The notes: a model not told the origin generated them from the letters alone. Shown: positions 21,090 through 30,606, counted from the first letter of the stretch. The stretch is DNA of 64,000 bases from an uncultured Dehalococcoidia bacterium (GCA_964391355.1 CAYMJY010000003.1:200-64199); one strand, 5' to 3'. Numbers and translations are program-made.

Positions 21090-21923
21090 TTAAGAAACCT
21101 CCTGTGAATCGTCATTTACTTGGGATTCGAGTTCTGATTTCGCTGCTTCCCATATAAACTTATACTCACCTTCAATTTCCTTGCTAGTTAATACGGAGGC
21201 TTGTGATTGATCACGATAATCGGACCTGAGAGCTATTGATCCAAGGAAGTTCAAGTTCAGTTCATCTGATAATTGTTGTCCAGCACCCGAACCAAAAATA
21301 TCACTAGTGAAATTCTCAACTATTCCTAAAACATTTGTATTAAGTTTCCTGATCATGTTAATGGAACGTTTTGCGTCCATTGCCGCTAAAGATTGTGGTG
21401 TCGTGACTACTATAAAACCGTCCATTGTGAGGGCTTGCATTATAGTAAGAGGAGCATCAGAAGTTCCTGGAGGCATGTCAACAACTAAGTAATCGAGTTC
21501 ACCCCAGTCAGTCATTTGAAGAAATTGATTGATGGCGTTATGAATCATTGGACCTCGCCAAATGATAGCTTCATCTTCGTTTTGTTGGAAAAATGCCATT
21601 GATACTACTTTGACGCCATTTTTTATTGCGGGTTGAATTCGCCCATTTTCAACAATAGGACCTTCAGTAACTCCGAGAACTTTTGTTGCATTTGGGCAAT
21701 CAATATCCGCATCCAAAAGCCCAACTTTTGAACCCGATCTTGCTAAGTGTGCAGCAAGATTAACGGCGACTGTTGTTTTGCCAACACCACCTTTACCTGA
21801 GTAAACACCAATCTTTTTTTTGATTTTTTCAAGCGAACGGGTAATTTGGCGCTTTTGCTCCCATTGACCTTTAATTTGGGCAAGACGTGCTTGTCGTTGT
21901 TCTTCGCTCATTTGTTGCTGCAT
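21090..21923 (-). CDS. Mrp/NBP35/ApbC-family P-loop ATPase (lacks the canonical C-terminal CxxC)
   Basis: Deviant Walker A GKGGVGKTT and the DMPPGTSD switch region. The position where ApbC-type proteins carry CxxC reads VENFTSDIFGSGAG. Confidence 0.8.
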   Translation of the reverse strand: MQQQMSEEQRQARLAQIKGQWEQKRQITRSLEKIKKKIGVYSGKGGVGKTTVAVNLAAHLARSGSKVGLLDADIDCPNATKVLGVTEGPIVENGRIQPAIKNGVKVVSMAFFQQNEDEAIIWRGPMIHNAINQFLQMTDWGELDYLVVDMPPGTSDAPLTIMQALTMDGFIVVTTPQSLAAMDAKRSINMIRKLNTNVLGIVENFTSDIFGSGAGQQLSDELNLNFLGSIALRSDYRDQSQASVLTSKEIEGEYKFIWEAAKSELESQVNDDSQEVS

Positions 21924-21980
21924 GGTATACCCCGTTACTGAATTGTAAGTGGCTAGAAATGATAATGCTGGAAATATTAA

Positions 21981-22301
21981 CTATTCGTCTATGCCTAATA
22001 TCTTTTTACCGTCTTCAGTTACTAAAGAGGGTGACCAAGGAGGCTCAAAAACAATTTCGACATTAACGTCATTGACTCCATCAACCTCTGCAACAGCCCA
22101 CTCAGCTTGCTGGGCTATAAAAGGCCCCATTCCGCAGCCTGCAGCAGTGAGTGTCATTAGAACATGGACGTCGCTCTTGTCGGAGATTTCAACGCCATAA
22201 ACCAAGCCAAGGTCAACGATGTTGACAGGAATTTCAGGGTCATAAACGTCTTTTAACGCGTCTGTAACTTCTTCTACGGATACTTTATTTTCAGTGGACA
22301 C
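21981..22301 (-). CDS. DUF59 (SufT/PaaD-like) Fe-S assembly domain protein
   Basis: 106 aa with DVYDPEIPVNIVDLGLVY and a conserved Cys in TLTAAGCGMG. GTG start. Confidence 0.85.
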   Translation of the reverse strand: MSTENKVSVEEVTDALKDVYDPEIPVNIVDLGLVYGVEISDKSDVHVLMTLTAAGCGMGPFIAQQAEWAVAEVDGVNDVNVEIVFEPPWSPSLVTEDGKKILGIDE

Positions 22302-22307
22302 GCATCG

Positions 22308-22336
22308 ATTCTAAGAAAGTCGACCGAGTGTGTCAA
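22308..22336 (-). promoter_or_regulatory. sigma-70-type promoter of the DUF59-mrp operon, positioned for a leaderless or near-leaderless transcript
   Basis: On the minus strand: TTGACA (22336-22331), a 17-nt spacer, TAGAAT (22313-22308), then 6 nt (cgatgc) and the GTG start at 22301. Confidence 0.5.
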
Positions 22337-22351
22337 CTTTTACTCAAGTAT

Positions 22352-23302
22352 CTAAACTGAACTTGCAAGTTTAGTTGAATGTTCGTATGAATCTGAAATG
22401 TATAAATATAGCCTTGAGTCAATTATCCTAAAAATTAAGTAGTAGCCGTTTGGGAGGGATAAACTGTATGAAAACCCACTAGGAGTTTCTGTTTTAGAAA
22501 CTCCGTAACTCCCAGAAAAATGATCAATAAAAAAGTTAAGAAGAATGACTGGGTAATCCGAATCAGCGATCAAAACTATCCCTAAATCATTTTGATCCAA
22601 AATATTAGAGATAGTGCTAATTGGTGCATAGCTTGTCTTGTCTGAATACAGTGAAAAGACCATAGTGTTCAGCCTTAGTAATTGAATTGCGGAAATAAAC
22701 TCCACTGTATCAAGATCAGTGTCAGCTAGAAGAACAGAGAGATCATTTTGTGCGTTTAATACAAACCCCGTTCCTATCAATGATTGGTCATTAAAACGAG
22801 GTAGTGAGAGCGAAAGCTCCCAAGCCTTGGGGTATCTTGATCTAAAAGACGCACGTTCATCATTGAGCCAAACAGATTGTAATTTTTCAGCCCATGGGCT
22901 GTTCGAATTTCCTTGCATGACGAACAACCCATTAGTTTGAACCCACGGGCCAAGTATTTCAGGATTTTTAAGTTTTTCCGCTATTAGTTCTGCATCAACA
23001 CCATTTTCCGCCATGATCCTCAAAGCATTATCTATTTGGTTTTTTCTGTACACGAATTCGATGGATGATACTTCCAGTTTAAGACCGGCTTCTTTGCTGT
23101 TGTTGTCTTTGGAAAAAGTTAAAGGAATATCAGGGTGTATCAATAGATAACCATTCATTTCTATATTAGGAATTTGGCTGATCAGGTGGTTTTGTTGGTC
23201 TTTTTGAGGGAAGTTTTGTTGATTCCAGCAGGCCGATATGGCGAAAATAAGTAAAGAAGCCAAGAGGAGACTGGCAGTTATGTTTTTTTTATTATGATTC
23301 AC
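22352..23302 (-). CDS. hypothetical lipoprotein
   Basis: No family recognised. With GTG 23302 the N-terminus is [25 protein letters not shown], giving a charged n-region, a hydrophobic core and an I-S-A-C lipobox. The tracked ORF (to 23356) runs into uvrB. Confidence 0.55.
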   Translation of the reverse strand: MNHNKKNITASLLLASLLIFAISACWNQQNFPQKDQQNHLISQIPNIEMNGYLLIHPDIPLTFSKDNNSKEAGLKLEVSSIEFVYRKNQIDNALRIMAENGVDAELIAEKLKNPEILGPWVQTNGLFVMQGNSNSPWAEKLQSVWLNDERASFRSRYPKAWELSLSLPRFNDQSLIGTGFVLNAQNDLSVLLADTDLDTVEFISAIQLLRLNTMVFSLYSDKTSYAPISTISNILDQNDLGIVLIADSDYPVILLNFFIDHFSGSYGVSKTETPSGFSYSLSLPNGYYLIFRIIDSRLYLYISDSYEHSTKLASSV

Positions 23303-25349
23303 TGATTTTGCTAGTATCTGAAAAACTACCACCATCAACAAGTCTTTGAGAAGCAAGTAATCTTTTCAGGTCTACCATTTCATCACGAAGCATTGCAGCT
23401 TTTTCGAACTCAAGGCTTTTTGCTGCAGTTTTCATTTCCGATTCCAGTTTTTTTGCATAGCGAGTGATTTCGTCATTTGTCAAATTCAAACTTTTGCTTT
23501 TCTGCTTCTTGTTTTCGGCCTCACCTTTGACTCTATCTGTAATATCGTGCACAGCTTTAACAATACTCTTTGGAGTGATTCCATTTTCTTGATTGTGTGA
23601 TTCTTGTATTTGACGGCGTCTGTAAGTTTCGTCAATGCATCTTTGCATAGAATCAGTGATTTTATCTGCGTACATAATTACATGACCGTCAACATGCCTT
23701 GCTGCACGTCCTACAGTTTGAATCAGTGAAGTTGTAGATCTCAAATAACCTTCCTTGTCAGCATCAACTATGGCTACCAAGCTGACCTCTGGCAAATCTA
23801 GTCCTTCTCTCAGTAAATTTATACCTACGACTACGTCGTATACTCCCAAGCGCAAGTCTCTCAGAATTTCGATTCTTTCCAGAGTATCAATTTCAGAATG
23901 CAGGTAATGGACTTTAATTCCCATGTCTCTTAAATAATCCGTTAACTCTTCCGACATCCTTTTAGTTAAAGTTGTTACAAGCACTCGTTCAGATTTATTT
24001 GTGCGCTCTGCTATTTGCTCTAAGAGATCATCGATTTGGCCCCTTGTCTTTTTAATTTCAATTGTTGGATCTAATAACCCTGTTGGCCTGATTACTTGTT
24101 CTACAGTGTTATTAGAATTGGCAATCTCGTAGGACCCCGGTGTTGCAGATACAAAAACTACCTGATTGATTCTCCTTTCGATCTCCTCGAAATTAAGAGG
24201 CCTGTTGTCTTTGGCTGAAGGCAGCCTAAATCCAAAGTCAACTAGTGTTTGTTTGCGAGACATGTCACCGCTGTACATGGCACGAAGCTGAGGAACCGCT
24301 TGGTGCGATTCATCGAGAATCATTAAAAAATCATCAGGGAAATAATCTAAAAGGGTCCAAGGGGCACTATATCTTGGCCTTCTGCCCAACGGTTGGGAAT
24401 AATTTTCAATACCTGAGCAATAACCTGTTTCCTTGAGCATCTCTATGTCGTAACGTGTTCGGTTTTCTAATCGTTGGGCCTCTAGCACCTTACCTTCTTT
24501 ATTAAACCATTTAATTCTTTCAGATAACTCCTCTTCTATTTCTGTAACACCGGCCTCTAATTTTTCAGCTGAAGTTACAAAGTGCTTTGCAGGATATATG
24601 TCGATTTCTGTTCTCTCTGAAAGGATTTCACCTGTTAAGGGGTCTAGCTCTACAATCCGTTCAACTTCTCCTCCAAAAAATTCTATTCTTATAGCGACAT
24701 CTTCATAGGAAGGTAGAATTTCGAGTGTGTCTCCTCTAACTCTGAAACGAGCTCTCGATAAATCATAATCGTTTCGTTCGTATTGCATTTCTATTAAGCG
24801 ACGAACAAGCCTATTTCTGTTTTTTGTCTCTCCTACCTTGATGGATTCAACGAACGAATAATACTCATCAGGAGAACCTAATCCATAAATGCATGATACT
24901 GAGGCAACGATCAAAACGTCTTTTCTTGTCATTAAAGATCGAGTAGCAGAATGGCGTAGCTTGTCGATTTCATCATTGATTTGGGCATCCTTTTCTATGT
25001 AAGTGTCAGTATTAGGAACATATGCCTCAGGCTGGTAATAATCATAATAAGATACAAAAAATTCGACTGCATTATTTGGGAAAAAATCCCTAAACTCTGT
25101 AGCTAGTTGAGCGGCGAGTGTCTTGTTAGGAGCCATGACGATGGTTGGCCTTTGAATACCTTCAATGAGTTTAGCCATCGTGTATGTTTTCCCCGAGCCT
25201 GTTACTCCGAGAAGAGTTTGGGAATGAAAATTGGATTCAACTCCATGAATTAAATTTTCAATAGCTTTTGGCTGATCTCCTCTTGGAACGAACTCAGCTT
25301 CCACTTTGAAAGGGATATCTGGCTTAGTTCTTTTTTCAAAGATGGTCAT
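23292..25349 (-). CDS. uvrB: excinuclease ABC subunit B
   Basis: GVTGSGKT Walker A, DESH box (ILDESHQ), helicase motifs and a C-terminal UVR domain ([10 protein letters not shown]). Confidence 0.96.
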   Translation of the reverse strand: MTIFEKRTKPDIPFKVEAEFVPRGDQPKAIENLIHGVESNFHSQTLLGVTGSGKTYTMAKLIEGIQRPTIVMAPNKTLAAQLATEFRDFFPNNAVEFFVSYYDYYQPEAYVPNTDTYIEKDAQINDEIDKLRHSATRSLMTRKDVLIVASVSCIYGLGSPDEYYSFVESIKVGETKNRNRLVRRLIEMQYERNDYDLSRARFRVRGDTLEILPSYEDVAIRIEFFGGEVERIVELDPLTGEILSERTEIDIYPAKHFVTSAEKLEAGVTEIEEELSERIKWFNKEGKVLEAQRLENRTRYDIEMLKETGYCSGIENYSQPLGRRPRYSAPWTLLDYFPDDFLMILDESHQAVPQLRAMYSGDMSRKQTLVDFGFRLPSAKDNRPLNFEEIERRINQVVFVSATPGSYEIANSNNTVEQVIRPTGLLDPTIEIKKTRGQIDDLLEQIAERTNKSERVLVTTLTKRMSEELTDYLRDMGIKVHYLHSEIDTLERIEILRDLRLGVYDVVVGINLLREGLDLPEVSLVAIVDADKEGYLRSTTSLIQTVGRAARHVDGHVIMYADKITDSMQRCIDETYRRRQIQESHNQENGITPKSIVKAVHDITDRVKGEAENKKQKSKSLNLTNDEITRYAKKLESEMKTAAKSLEFEKAAMLRDEMVDLKRLLASQRLVDGGSFSDTSKISES

Positions 25350-25350
25350 G

Positions 25351-25647
25351 TCAACTCAACATTTTACCTAACATTTCTTTAAGCTTTGGACAATCTTGTA
25401 GTACTTCACGCATTTCTTCAATCGAGATTGCGTCCATCAATAATGATCCACGTCCGAATTGCGAGCCTTTGTAGTAACAGAATCTAATGCTTAGCGACCC
25501 ATCATCATATTCAAGTAATTGGATAGTGGGTTCATTATATGGAGTTTGTATAAAAGCTTCTTCGATCACCATTCCGCTACCCCAATGAAATTGAAATGGA
25601 CGAGGGAGCAGTCTTGTATTTGTAGCTAGATTACTTTGCTCAGCCAT
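25351..25647 (-). CDS. hypothetical protein (98 aa)
   Basis: No motif recognised. A strong AGGAGGA SD lies 5 nt upstream of the ATG, and the stop is 1 nt before the uvrB ATG, so it is very likely expressed. Confidence 0.6.
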   Translation of the reverse strand: MAEQSNLATNTRLLPRPFQFHWGSGMVIEEAFIQTPYNEPTIQLLEYDDGSLSIRFCYYKGSQFGRGSLLMDAISIEEMREVLQDCPKLKEMLGKMLS

Positions 25648-25656
25648 GCATTCCTC

Positions 25657-26463
25657 CTAAGTTTTTAAACTTTCATCTGGTGTACACACCCAGGCCTGGT
25701 CTTCTGAAACGTTATCTAAAAATTCACCATTGAAACCTCCGTAGATTGCATCTACTTTAAGCCCTGCAGATGCCAGCATTTGGTTGGTTTCTTCAACGAA
25801 TAAATAGCGCATTTTCAACTTCTGATAGTAACTTGATACTAAATCCCCGGAATTATCAAATACCTCGATCCATAGATTTGGCATGCTGTGCTGATTTTCA
25901 TGGTCCCATTCGTTTGACGCAAAGACTTTGACCGACCCTTCGGGTTTAAGTGGAAAATCTGACACCAAAAATGGACTAGGATCATTGTCTGCTAGAAGTT
26001 CAGGAGATGGATTGAATAAATCAAATACCAGCCTTCCGTTTTTCTTCAAATGCTTTGCAGCCTGAAGTAGCGTAGTTTGCTGATCTGGCGCATTGTCTAT
26101 GAGCATTAAGCTGCGAAATGGGATAATTATTAAATTGAACAACCGATCAAAGTTTAGAAAACGCATATCTTTTTCATAGAAACTGAGATGTGGTAATGGA
26201 CCCTGTTCAAGCGCCTTTTCTTTCGCTTTTTCTATCATTGCTCCAGAAATATCGATTCCCACGACTTCAAATCCCTGTGATGCAAGCGAGATGCTGATCC
26301 TTCCAGTTCCACACCCCAACTCAAGAATTGGGCCACCAGAAATTATCGCTTGTTGCAAATAGAAAGGTATATCGTGGTTCAGATTTTGATAAACGTCGTC
26401 ATAAATCGTTGCCCATTCATCAAAATTATTGAGTTTAAAATCCCTGATTTCCCGAGAGTGCAA
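25657..26463 (-). CDS. class I SAM-dependent methyltransferase
   Basis: SAM motif I ILELGCGTGRISISLA followed by GIDIS. No DPPY, NPPY or PCQ DNA-methyltransferase motifs. TTG start 2 nt after the ruvA stop. Confidence 0.8.
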   Translation of the reverse strand: MHSREIRDFKLNNFDEWATIYDDVYQNLNHDIPFYLQQAIISGGPILELGCGTGRISISLASQGFEVVGIDISGAMIEKAKEKALEQGPLPHLSFYEKDMRFLNFDRLFNLIIIPFRSLMLIDNAPDQQTTLLQAAKHLKKNGRLVFDLFNPSPELLADNDPSPFLVSDFPLKPEGSVKVFASNEWDHENQHSMPNLWIEVFDNSGDLVSSYYQKLKMRYLFVEETNQMLASAGLKVDAIYGGFNGEFLDNVSEDQAWVCTPDESLKT

Positions 26464-26465
26464 AT

Positions 26466-27056
26466 TTATGTTTTTCCCATTCTTTGTAATGCTAGCCGTA
26501 CTCTTTCTTCTGTTGTTAGCTGATCAGAGGAATCTAGGGAAAGCGCTTGTCGTGCTTCTATTTGCGAGAAACCCAAACTGGCGAGCCAGTTTAATGCAGG
26601 ATCGCTAGCTTCTGACTGGACTAGTTCAGATGACGGGATAATCGATGCCTCAAGTTGTAATTTTGACCTTAATTCCACAATTATCCGTTCTGCAGTTCGT
26701 TTTCCTACTCCTTGAGCTTTAGACAGCGAAACTACATCTCCCGACGCTATCGAATTAACTAACGAATCTAGGCTTAAAGATGAAAGAATTGATAGGCCCA
26801 CCTTGGGCCCTACGCCGTTCACACTGATCAATGATTCGAATAATGAACGACTTTTATCTGAGAGGAATCCATAAATTTGAAGATCATCTTCACGCACTAC
26901 TAAATGAGTTTGAAGTGTGATCACTTCTCCTTTAGGCATGCTTAAGATATCTACAACAGGGACAAATACTCTTAACGTAAATCCACCGACATTTATTAAA
27001 ACAGAGTCTGTTTCCTTATCGCTAATTAAACCAGTAATCGCAGCAATTAAACTCAT
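26466..27056 (-). CDS. ruvA: Holliday junction DNA helicase subunit RuvA
   Basis: MSLIAAITGLI..., HhH motifs (VNGVGPKVGLSIL, AQGVGKRTAERI). ATGA overlap with the ruvC stop. The tracked ORF extension to 27101 is rejected. Confidence 0.9.
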   Translation of the reverse strand: MSLIAAITGLISDKETDSVLINVGGFTLRVFVPVVDILSMPKGEVITLQTHLVVREDDLQIYGFLSDKSRSLFESLISVNGVGPKVGLSILSSLSLDSLVNSIASGDVVSLSKAQGVGKRTAERIIVELRSKLQLEASIIPSSELVQSEASDPALNWLASLGFSQIEARQALSLDSSDQLTTEERVRLALQRMGKT

Positions 27057-27553
27057 TTTTTGTCCATTCTTGAAAAAGTTCTCAAATGCTGAATATGGCA
27101 CAAACCCACAGCTAACGCATCCGATTCGTCCTCAGATAAAGGATCGGAACCCAGTCCCAAACGTATGCGTATACTCCTTTGCACTTGATCTTTACTGCTA
27201 GATCCGTATCCAGAAGCAGCAGCTTTGACTGCAGTAGGAGCGTACCGATGAACACTTAATTTATGGTCAGCAGCTATCAGAAGAGCTAGGGCTTGCGCTT
27301 GGCCTACTGCAATAGCGGACTTAGCACCACGAGAAGGAGCAACAAATGGCTCCTCAATCGCTAAATGATCCGGTTTAAACATAGACACTATATTCTCCAA
27401 ATCTTTGTGAAGAGAATTCAACCGAATCTCTATTGGAGCTTTTTGCGAGGGGGACAGAGTGCCCGAAGCGACATAAAGTACTTCAGGACCATCTATATCA
27501 AGAACACCAAATCCAAGATGGTGTGTGCCAGGATCAACTCCGAGAATACGCAT
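27053..27553 (-). CDS. ruvC: crossover junction endodeoxyribonuclease RuvC
   Basis: MRILGVDPGT..., a catalytic acidic-residue pattern (IEEPF, DESDALAV). Start moved to ATG 27553. Confidence 0.9.
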   Translation of the reverse strand: MRILGVDPGTHHLGFGVLDIDGPEVLYVASGTLSPSQKAPIEIRLNSLHKDLENIVSMFKPDHLAIEEPFVAPSRGAKSAIAVGQAQALALLIAADHKLSVHRYAPTAVKAAASGYGSSSKDQVQRSIRIRLGLGSDPLSEDESDALAVGLCHIQHLRTFSRMDKK

Positions 27554-27600
27554 TAGCTTAGCTTGATAGATACAGAACAAATAGGCAATAGGGTATTTAG

Positions 27601-28368
27601 CTAATGGTTGTCATTACTGTAAGACTCTAGTACTTCATCAGGGAAATCAGCATTCGTAAATACGTTTTGGATATCATCTAAGTCTTCTAGCTTGTCTATC
27701 AACCGTAGAGTTTGTTTAGCAAGTTGTAAGTCTAATGGAGCTAAATTCACAGGAACCATAGATAATGAGGCGGAAGATGGTTCAATTCCACTATCTCTTA
27801 CCAACTTGGATAGGGTTTCTAAAAAGCCTGGTTTGCTTACTAGTTCCAGACTCCCATTATCAAAACTCACGTCATCTGCTCCTGCGTCGATCGCTTCGAG
27901 TTCAATATTCTCCGCTTGCTGAGGAGATATTGCATCGATCAATACAACTGCTTTTTGTTCAAATTGCCAGGCAACTGAGCCGGACTCACCCAAATTCCCT
28001 CCACCTCGGTTGAAGGCAGTCCTAACTTCTGAAGCAGTCCTATTTCGATTGTCAGTTAATGCTTGAACTAATAGTGCGGCGCCGCCAGGGCCATATCCTT
28101 CATACATTGTTTCCTCATAATTAGCACCGTCTACTCCTTCTCCTGTACCTTTCTTGATTGCACGATCAATATTGTCCATAGGCATATTGTTTTGACGCGC
28201 TCTATCTATAGCAAGCCTTAGTCGAGGATTCATACTGGGGTCGCTGCTTGCCCCCTGGCGTGCAGCTACTGTAATTTCTCTAGCGAGCTTTGTGAATAAT
28301 GCTCCACGCTTTGCATCAAGGGCGCCCTTTTTGTGCTTTATAGTTGACCATTTAGAGTGACCAGACAT
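27601..28368 (-). CDS. yebC: YebC/PmpR family DNA-binding transcriptional regulator
   Basis: MSGHSKWSTIKHKKG and FTKLAREITVAAR blocks. Confidence 0.92.
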   Translation of the reverse strand: MSGHSKWSTIKHKKGALDAKRGALFTKLAREITVAARQGASSDPSMNPRLRLAIDRARQNNMPMDNIDRAIKKGTGEGVDGANYEETMYEGYGPGGAALLVQALTDNRNRTASEVRTAFNRGGGNLGESGSVAWQFEQKAVVLIDAISPQQAENIELEAIDAGADDVSFDNGSLELVSKPGFLETLSKLVRDSGIEPSSASLSMVPVNLAPLDLQLAKQTLRLIDKLEDLDDIQNVFTNADFPDEVLESYSNDNH

Positions 28369-28424
28369 TAGCTCTCCGTTTATTAATACCCATATTCTCT
28401 ATTGTTGCATATATATGTAATGCA

Positions 28425-28952
28425 TCACTTCAATGCCCTAGGCTCTAAGCCTTCAGGGATTTTCACTATCATCTCTTGTGCAGATAAATTTACTGATAGA
28501 ACAGCACTGGCTATAGCTGGTATCAGAATTTCCGCATCTTCATTTTGCACTATATATACGTCATTGGCTCCGGTTTGTAGTATTTCAGTTATGTTACCTA
28601 ATAGATTGTTGTCCTCATCAATGACCTTAAGCCCTATTAGCTGAAAATGGTAATAAGAACCCTCTTTATTGGTGGGAATTTGGCTCGAAGGAACATATAT
28701 AAGTTCATTTTTTAGTGATTGAGAAAGTTCAGGAGTCAGACCTTCCAAATCCAGTAAAAACCCCGATTTCACAGATTTTGATTGACTGACTATATATACG
28801 TTGCCTTTGATTAAAAGCTCTGATTTTTTTTGATACCGTGAAGGATTATCAGTCTGCGGTAAAACTTTGATCCAGCCAGTACTGGGATCAGTCGCGATCA
28901 CTATACCCACTTGGACTACTTCAGAATCGGAATTTGGGTCTTTATCTTCCAA
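28425..28952 (-). CDS. rimM: ribosome maturation factor RimM
   Basis: PRC-barrel region YYHFQLIGLKV...LGNITEILQTGANDVYIV. Sits downstream of rpsP and the KH gene, as in many genomes. Confidence 0.85.
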   Translation of the reverse strand: MEDKDPNSDSEVVQVGIVIATDPSTGWIKVLPQTDNPSRYQKKSELLIKGNVYIVSQSKSVKSGFLLDLEGLTPELSQSLKNELIYVPSSQIPTNKEGSYYHFQLIGLKVIDEDNNLLGNITEILQTGANDVYIVQNEDAEILIPAIASAVLSVNLSAQEMIVKIPEGLEPRALK

Positions 28953-28966
28953 TGCAACAAAAAGGA

Positions 28967-29197
28967 TTACTTAATTTCTAAATTAACAAGCAAATCATTT
29001 TTAACAGCAGATACCCGTAGGAGAACGCGCATTGCCTGAGCAACTCTACCCTGGCGGCCAATGACTTTCCCTTTATCTTCTGGATTCACAGTCAAAGTTA
29101 CTAAAACTTCTCCATCGCCAGTTTCATCTTCAGTAACTTGAACATCATCTGGGTATGTAGCTATAGCTTTGGCTATGTATTCAACAAGTTCCTTCAT
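28967..29197 (-). CDS. KH domain RNA-binding protein (UPF0109/YlqC-like)
   Basis: 76 aa with KGKVIGRQGRVAQAMR (GxxG KH loop). Starts directly after the rpsP stop. Confidence 0.85.
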   Translation of the reverse strand: MKELVEYIAKAIATYPDDVQVTEDETGDGEVLVTLTVNPEDKGKVIGRQGRVAQAMRVLLRVSAVKNDLLVNLEIK

Positions 29198-29452
29198 CTA
29201 AGCCTCAGCATTTCCTATTAAGCCTTGTTTTACTAACAAACGGCCAACGGTGTCTGATGGTTTTGCTCCTACGCTCAACCAGTGTAATGCTTTTTCCTGA
29301 TTTACGACTACAGTCGGAGGATCTGTTAGAGGGTTATAGTGGCCTAAATGGTCAACAAATGCGCCATCACGTGGAGCTCGAGCATCTGCCACGACAATAC
29401 GATAAGTAGGTTGTTTCTTTTTTCCGACTCTTTTGAGGCGAATTCTTAGCAT
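29198..29452 (-). CDS. rpsP: 30S ribosomal protein S16
   Basis: MLRIRLKRVGKKKQPTYRIVVADARAPRDG. GGAG SD 7 nt upstream. Confidence 0.95.
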   Translation of the reverse strand: MLRIRLKRVGKKKQPTYRIVVADARAPRDGAFVDHLGHYNPLTDPPTVVVNQEKALHWLSVGAKPSDTVGRLLVKQGLIGNAEA

Positions 29453-29482
29453 GTTCGAACTCCATTAATCCTTAGCCTTAGA

Positions 29483-29511
29483 ATTCTAGGTTGGGCCCAG
29501 ACCCTTGTCAA
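29483..29511 (-). promoter_or_regulatory. sigma-70-type promoter of the rpsP-KH-rimM operon
   Basis: On the minus strand: TTGACA (29511-29506), a 17-nt spacer, then TAGAAT (29488-29483). This lies about 30 nt upstream of the rpsP ATG. Confidence 0.55.
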
Positions 29512-29592
29512 CGAATAGTACTGCGGACATTGATTTTACAGTAATTTCATAACAAAGTTTACAAATGTGTCGTTTTAGGATGATAGCTTGCC

Positions 29593-29598
29593 TATAAT
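29593..29598 (+). promoter_or_regulatory. -10-like TATAAT box 6 nt upstream of the thiL ATG (possible leaderless transcript)
   Basis: TATAAT-taacat-ATG. No SD and no convincing -35. Confidence 0.3.
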
Positions 29599-29604
29599 TA
29601 ACAT

Positions 29605-30606
29605 ATGAGCAAACTTGAAGACATTGGAGAGTTTGGCTTAATTAACATAATTAGGCAAAAAATAGAAAATTCTCACCTGAAGAATCAACTTCCTATGGGG
29701 TTTGAATTATTGTTAGGGGTGGGTGACGACGCTGCAATCTGTAAGCCTAGCAAAGCCGATTATCAGGTCCACACTACTGACACTTTAGTTGAAGGTATTC
29801 ACTTTTCAAGAGACACATTTGCGTGGCAAGACGTTGGTTGGAAACTCGCTGCAGTTAATTTAAGCGATATAGCAGCTATGGGTGCAGATCCTGTTTCTGC
29901 GTTAATAACGCTGGGATTAGCAACTGATTTAGATGTAAGCATGGTAGATGAACTTTACGATGGGATTTTGGAATGCTTTTCTGAGTACCCTACACAAATA
30001 ATAGGTGGTGACATTGTAAAATCGGATCAAGTTTTCATTACCATGTCTATTTTAGGCCAAAGTAATACTTTCCCGTTACGCCGGAATGCAGCCCAAGTGG
30101 GGGATGTAGTCGCTGTGACGGGGAATTTAGGTTCTTCTGCTGCGGGATTGGCAATTTTAGGCTCACAGGACAAAGACATTTTTCAAGACCTGGTCGATGT
30201 TCACTTGAGACCGATACCCCAAATTACAATGGGTAGATTACTTCTAAATAGTGGTATTAAATGCGCTATTGATATCTCTGACGGGTTGTTGGCAGATTTG
30301 TCCAAAGTGGGGTATGAAAGTGGGGTAGAAATTCATATTCATGCTGGGTGCGTGCCTGTTTCCAAAAGAATTTTAGAAACTAACTGGCCTGATTACATGG
30401 AACTAGTTTTATCTGGAGGAGAAGATTATCAACTAGCATTTACAGGGGAAGAAGAACTCGTCCGAGCGCTTTTAAAAAATTCAGCAGGGGCCATAATTGG
30501 AGAGGTAAAAAAAGGTAAGCCTGGGCATTTGAAGGTTCTTTCTGAAATTGGGACAGAAATGCATTTTGATAAAACGGGTTGGGATCATTTATCAACTCAA
30601 AAGTGA
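29605..30606 (+). CDS. thiL: thiamine-monophosphate kinase
   Basis: AIR-synthase-like fold with GEFGLI...GVGDDAAI, DISDGL and LSGGEDYQL. Confidence 0.9.
   Translation: MSKLEDIGEFGLINIIRQKIENSHLKNQLPMGFELLLGVGDDAAICKPSKADYQVHTTDTLVEGIHFSRDTFAWQDVGWKLAAVNLSDIAAMGADPVSALITLGLATDLDVSMVDELYDGILECFSEYPTQIIGGDIVKSDQVFITMSILGQSNTFPLRRNAAQVGDVVAVTGNLGSSAAGLAILGSQDKDIFQDLVDVHLRPIPQITMGRLLLNSGIKCAIDISDGLLADLSKVGYESGVEIHIHAGCVPVSKRILETNWPDYMELVLSGGEDYQLAFTGEEELVRALLKNSAGAIIGEVKKGKPGHLKVLSEIGTEMHFDKTGWDHLSTQK

Noticed and set aside
29453-29604. Checked the 152-nt rpsP/thiL divergent region for a TPP riboswitch or a tRNA
   Set aside because: There are no TPP-aptamer blocks (CUGAGA or ACCUGAUCUGGAUAAUGCCAGCG-like) and no tRNA cloverleaf or GTTCRANYC T-arm. 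The region is explained by promoter elements.
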